Shown here: positions 59,978 to 64,000 of the stretch, piece by piece
Layout of the letters: each line of letters opens with the position of its first letter
Numbering within the stretch: the stretch's first letter is position 1
Assembly (NCBI GenBank): GCA_951406725.2
Contig: OX597829.1
Location: 42,036,001 to 42,100,000 of the forward strand
DNA length: 64,000 nt
Reading direction: 5' to 3'
Source of the DNA: Octopus vulgaris
Taxonomy: Eukaryota
The notes under the pieces: model-generated
What the model was told of the DNA's origin: nothing
The model's input: the letters and a program-made list of their open reading frames with translations, nothing else
Databases searched by the model: none
Program-made: the position numbers and the translations under genes

Positions 59978-61218
59978 CGCACATATATATAAATGTGTGT
60001 GTGTGTGTGATATGTCTTTGTGTTCCCCACCACCGCTTGACAACCGGTTTTGGAGTGTTTACATCCCCGTAACTTAGAGCGGTTCGTCAAAAAGGACTGG
60101 GGCTATAGTAGACGATAATTGCCTGATATGCCACGCAGTGGGGCTGAACTCGGGACAATGTGGTTGGGAAGCAAACTTCGTACCACAGACAGCAACGCCT
60201 GCGCCTATAAAAATTTGGAACGCTTCACGATTTAGTACTCGTATTGTCAAAGCGTGGGAAAGAATTTCGATCAATCACATTCTCTATTAGTATTTACAAT
60301 TTGAATTAATTAATTTTTTACTTTTTATTTGTAAGGGCAAAATCCATTTTGAAAATCGTATTAAATTATCGATAAAATGAATTAGAGCCTAATTCTTGCA
60401 TTTTGTTTGCATGTATAATTAGGATAAAATACATGCATTTCACTTTTTATCTGGTAACTCGGAAGACAAAACTCTTTGCTGATTTATTTCGACTCCCTTT
60501 ATTCTAAGTTAAATGTTTCTAAAGTCATCATTTTCTTTTAACATTTCGATAAAACCATTCACCATTTCGTGATGAGGAAATGACGAGTTTGGGTTACCTA
60601 CAAGGGTATCTCGTGGTATTTGTTCCAGAACTTCACGTTCTGATTTCTTGGATGGTAGACTTAATCTGTCGTTCGGTTTTTCACCACTACTTGTCTTTGT
60701 GTGCCATTTGCGGAGTCTCCTCTGTTGCAAGCTTTGGAGCCAGCACTCAGATCTGTGGGATAACTTCCACCCTTCTGCCGACCAGTTTCAGGTGTTTTGG
60801 GAGAAATAAAGAGCCATGAGCTTTATTCGTCTTTCCCAGACTCAAAGCTAACAATCGACAAAATTTTTCGTTATATTCAAATATTCTTTTCTCAGCTACT
60901 TTAATATTTTAATTTTTAAAGAACAAAATCTTATTGAATATCTCCAAATCATTTAAGTACCCTAAAACTAATGTACAGAAAATACTTTTATATTTTGGAA
61001 GAAATATGCGACAAGCAACAACGCATTTTTTCGGTTTCTTAATTTTCTTCGGCTTGAAAGAAATTTCTTCGAATTTCTATATTTCGAAAATTGTAAATTT
61101 GGTAGATAAAAAATATTAGCGTGTGAGTGCTTTGAGCTTGGATTACGAGTTAACAATTTAGGATTAAACGGTGCGCAAACGGTGCGGTTCGAAAACCTTA
61201 AAATCTAAATTTGCGAAC

Positions 61219-61594
61219 ATTCTTCTTCTTCTTCTTCTTCTTCTTCTTCTTCTTCTTCTTCTTCTTCTTCTTCTTCTTCTTCTTCTTCTTCTTCTTCTTC
61301 TTCTTCTTCTTCTTCTTCTTCTTCTTCTTCTTCTTCTTCTTCTTCTTCTTCTTCTTCTTCTATTTCTTCTTCTTCTTCTTCTTCTTCTTCTTCTTCATTT
61401 CTTCTTCTTCTTCTTCTTCTTCTTCTTCTTCTTCTTCTTCTTCTTCTTCTATTTCTTCTTCTTCTTCTTCTTCTTCTTCTTCTTCTTTCTTCTTCTTCTT
61501 CTTCTTCTTCTTCTTCTTCTTTTTCTTCTTCTTCTTCTTCTTCTTCTTCTTCTTCTTCTTCTTCTTCTTTTTCTTCTTCTTCTTCTCCTTCTTC
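61219..61594. repeat. (TTC)n tract, ~375 bp
   Basis: Direct inspection. Confidence 0.97.
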
Positions 61595-61638
61595 ACACAC
61601 ACACACATACACACACATACACATACACACTTATATAC

Positions 61639-61681
<43 letters not shown>

Positions 61682-62074
61682 GAGGGAACAGGAGATAGAA
61701 AAGGGAGCATGCGAATGTAGATCGACGGCGATAAATACTATATGCTACAGCTTCTTGAATTATAATATTTTGTACGCAAATGCGGACATACATACGTGCA
61801 TAAACACAGAGGGCGGGGAGGCATGGAGAGAGCCCCCCCCCGCGCGCCGTACGCATATAACTTATTTCGGCCATTTCCAAAATCATATTTTCTCTAACAA
61901 ATAACTAAAAATAAAGTTGTATAAAATTTTGGATCGAGTTTTTGTTGATATTTTATCATATAAAGCAACCAATATATCTGTTAACTGTGCCTAATTTCAT
62001 CACTTGTTTTGTTTTTTTTTAACTTTTTTATTTCATATTTTTTATTACCTGGGTGTATATGTATGCATATCCGC

Positions 62075-62400
62075 ATGTATGTATGTATGTATGTATGTAT
62101 GTATGTATGTATGTATGTATGTATGTATGTATGTATGTATGTATGTATGTATGTATGTATGTATGTATGTATGTATGTATGTATGTGTATGTATGTATGT
62201 ATGTATGTATGTATGTATGTATGTATGTATGTATGTATGTATGTGTATGTATGTATGTATGTATGTATGTATGTATGTATGTATGTATGTATGTATGTGT
62301 GTATGTATGTATGTATGTATGTATGTGTGTATGTATGTATGTATGTATGTATGTATGTATGTATGTATGTATGGGTGTGTGTGTGTATGTATGTATGTAT
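62075..62400. repeat. (TATG)n microsatellite
   Basis: Direct inspection. Confidence 0.97.
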
Positions 62401-62417
62401 TTATCTATCTATGTATT

Positions 62418-62452
<35 letters not shown>

Positions 62453-62843
62453 ATACGTTTGCATATTTGTAAATTTTCGGCACTCACATTTACACATTTA
62501 CACAGGCATACACACATATTTATGCATATAATATTCATATTTATAAAAAAAAATGTGTATTTCTATATGAGATTTTACACACAAAAGCTAAGTAAAATGT
62601 CATCAGGGTCTCCCCCCACTCCTACCCCCAGAAAAAAAAAAAGAAAAGAAAGGGGGTGTATTAAATGAAAGATATTTGATATTTATTAGAAACGCATTTC
62701 GGTCGGAATCTAAGGCCTGTGGTATCAATAAGTTTTGATAATTTTCTAACATTTTACATTTCACTTCCAGTTATAGATCTATTGTATATTAATATATCAT
62801 TTATGCTTGTGTATGCCTGTCATAAATACATTAAATGTACCTG

Positions 62844-62898
<55 letters not shown>

Positions 62899-63023
62899 TA
62901 AATGTATGTGCGTGAGTGACAGAGGAGGATGTGCGTAAATGCAAAATTATTCATATTTCAAAAATGTACATGTGTGTATGTGTGTGTGTGTGTATACATA
63001 AGTACGTCTACATATTCGACTCA

Positions 63024-63089
<66 letters not shown>

Positions 63090-63213
63090 GACGAATGTAC
63101 TCATACATGGACTCATAAATATACACTTTTATGAAAAATGCGAAATGTACGCAATAAAATATAATACAATATAATATGATATAATATAATATAATATAAT
63201 ATAATATAATATA

Positions 63214-63277
<64 letters not shown>

Positions 63278-63431
63278 GCATTTAAATGTCCCTACGCATG
63301 CGCTTAAGTCTGTGTACTTATCTCTTCAAAATTTTCATTTGTTAACTAATTTGTATCTCTTCTCCATTGAAGTTCATAATGTTTAGTAAAACTTTCAGAA
63401 AATTCAACAATTGCTCATTCATATATTCTAA

Positions 63432-63470
<39 letters not shown>

Positions 63471-63630
63471 ATGAATAAAATTTTCAAAAATTTCGAAAAA
63501 ATATGTAAAAAGAACAGAAAAAGAATAGAAAGAAAAATATTGCAAAAGAAAAGAAGTTATATCGACGTGCGTTAAATATATACGTGTACGAACCTAAGTA
63601 CAGATACATAGTTGTCATATACATATATAA

Positions 63631-63680
<50 letters not shown>

Positions 63681-63824
63681 TAAACACATATACATACTTA
63701 TTCGTGCATGCATACGTACATGCATGAATACATACATACATACATACATACATACATGCATACATACATACATACATACATACATACATACATACATACA
63801 TAGATACATACATACATACATACA

Positions 63825-63856
<32 letters not shown>

Positions 63857-64000
63857 CATGTGTATGTATGTACGTTTGTTAATATGTATACATGTATGTA
63901 TGTATGTATGTATTTATCTATGAATGAAATGCAGTTATCATTTTCATTTCAATATCGATAATACAGTGATTTTAAGACATATAACAGAACAGTTGAAAAG

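Overview
AT-rich eukaryotic non-coding DNA saturated with microsatellites ((TA)n, (CA)n, (ATAC)n, (GATA)n, (AAT)n, (GAA)n). The SINE families and repeat density suggest an octopus/coleoid cephalopod genome (inference). No intact host gene is recognisable, and almost all listed ORFs are microsatellite translations. Identifiable content: a decayed CR1-type LINE split by a palindromic Crypton-like insert and a SINE; a full-length decayed Tc1; two mariner fragments; a hAT (Charlie/Buster) fragment; four non-autonomous Helitrons; an R4/Dong-type RLE LINE fragment; a 5'-inverted RTE/BovB 3' end; three Penelope-like (PLE) GIY-YIG endonuclease remnants; and about 30 tRNA-derived SINE copies or fragments from at least five families. 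The strongest hidden signal is more than 15 minimal type-I hammerhead-ribozyme (HHR) motifs, mostly in PLE-type pseudo-LTRs and fold-back repeats. They include a family with a compensatory U3-A8 core, a family with U at core position 6, two hammerheads back-to-back in one palindrome, and a tRNA-headed SINE ending in a hammerhead. One SINE family also forms head-less tandem arrays with an invariant junction. All structures were folded by eye; catalytic activity is untested.
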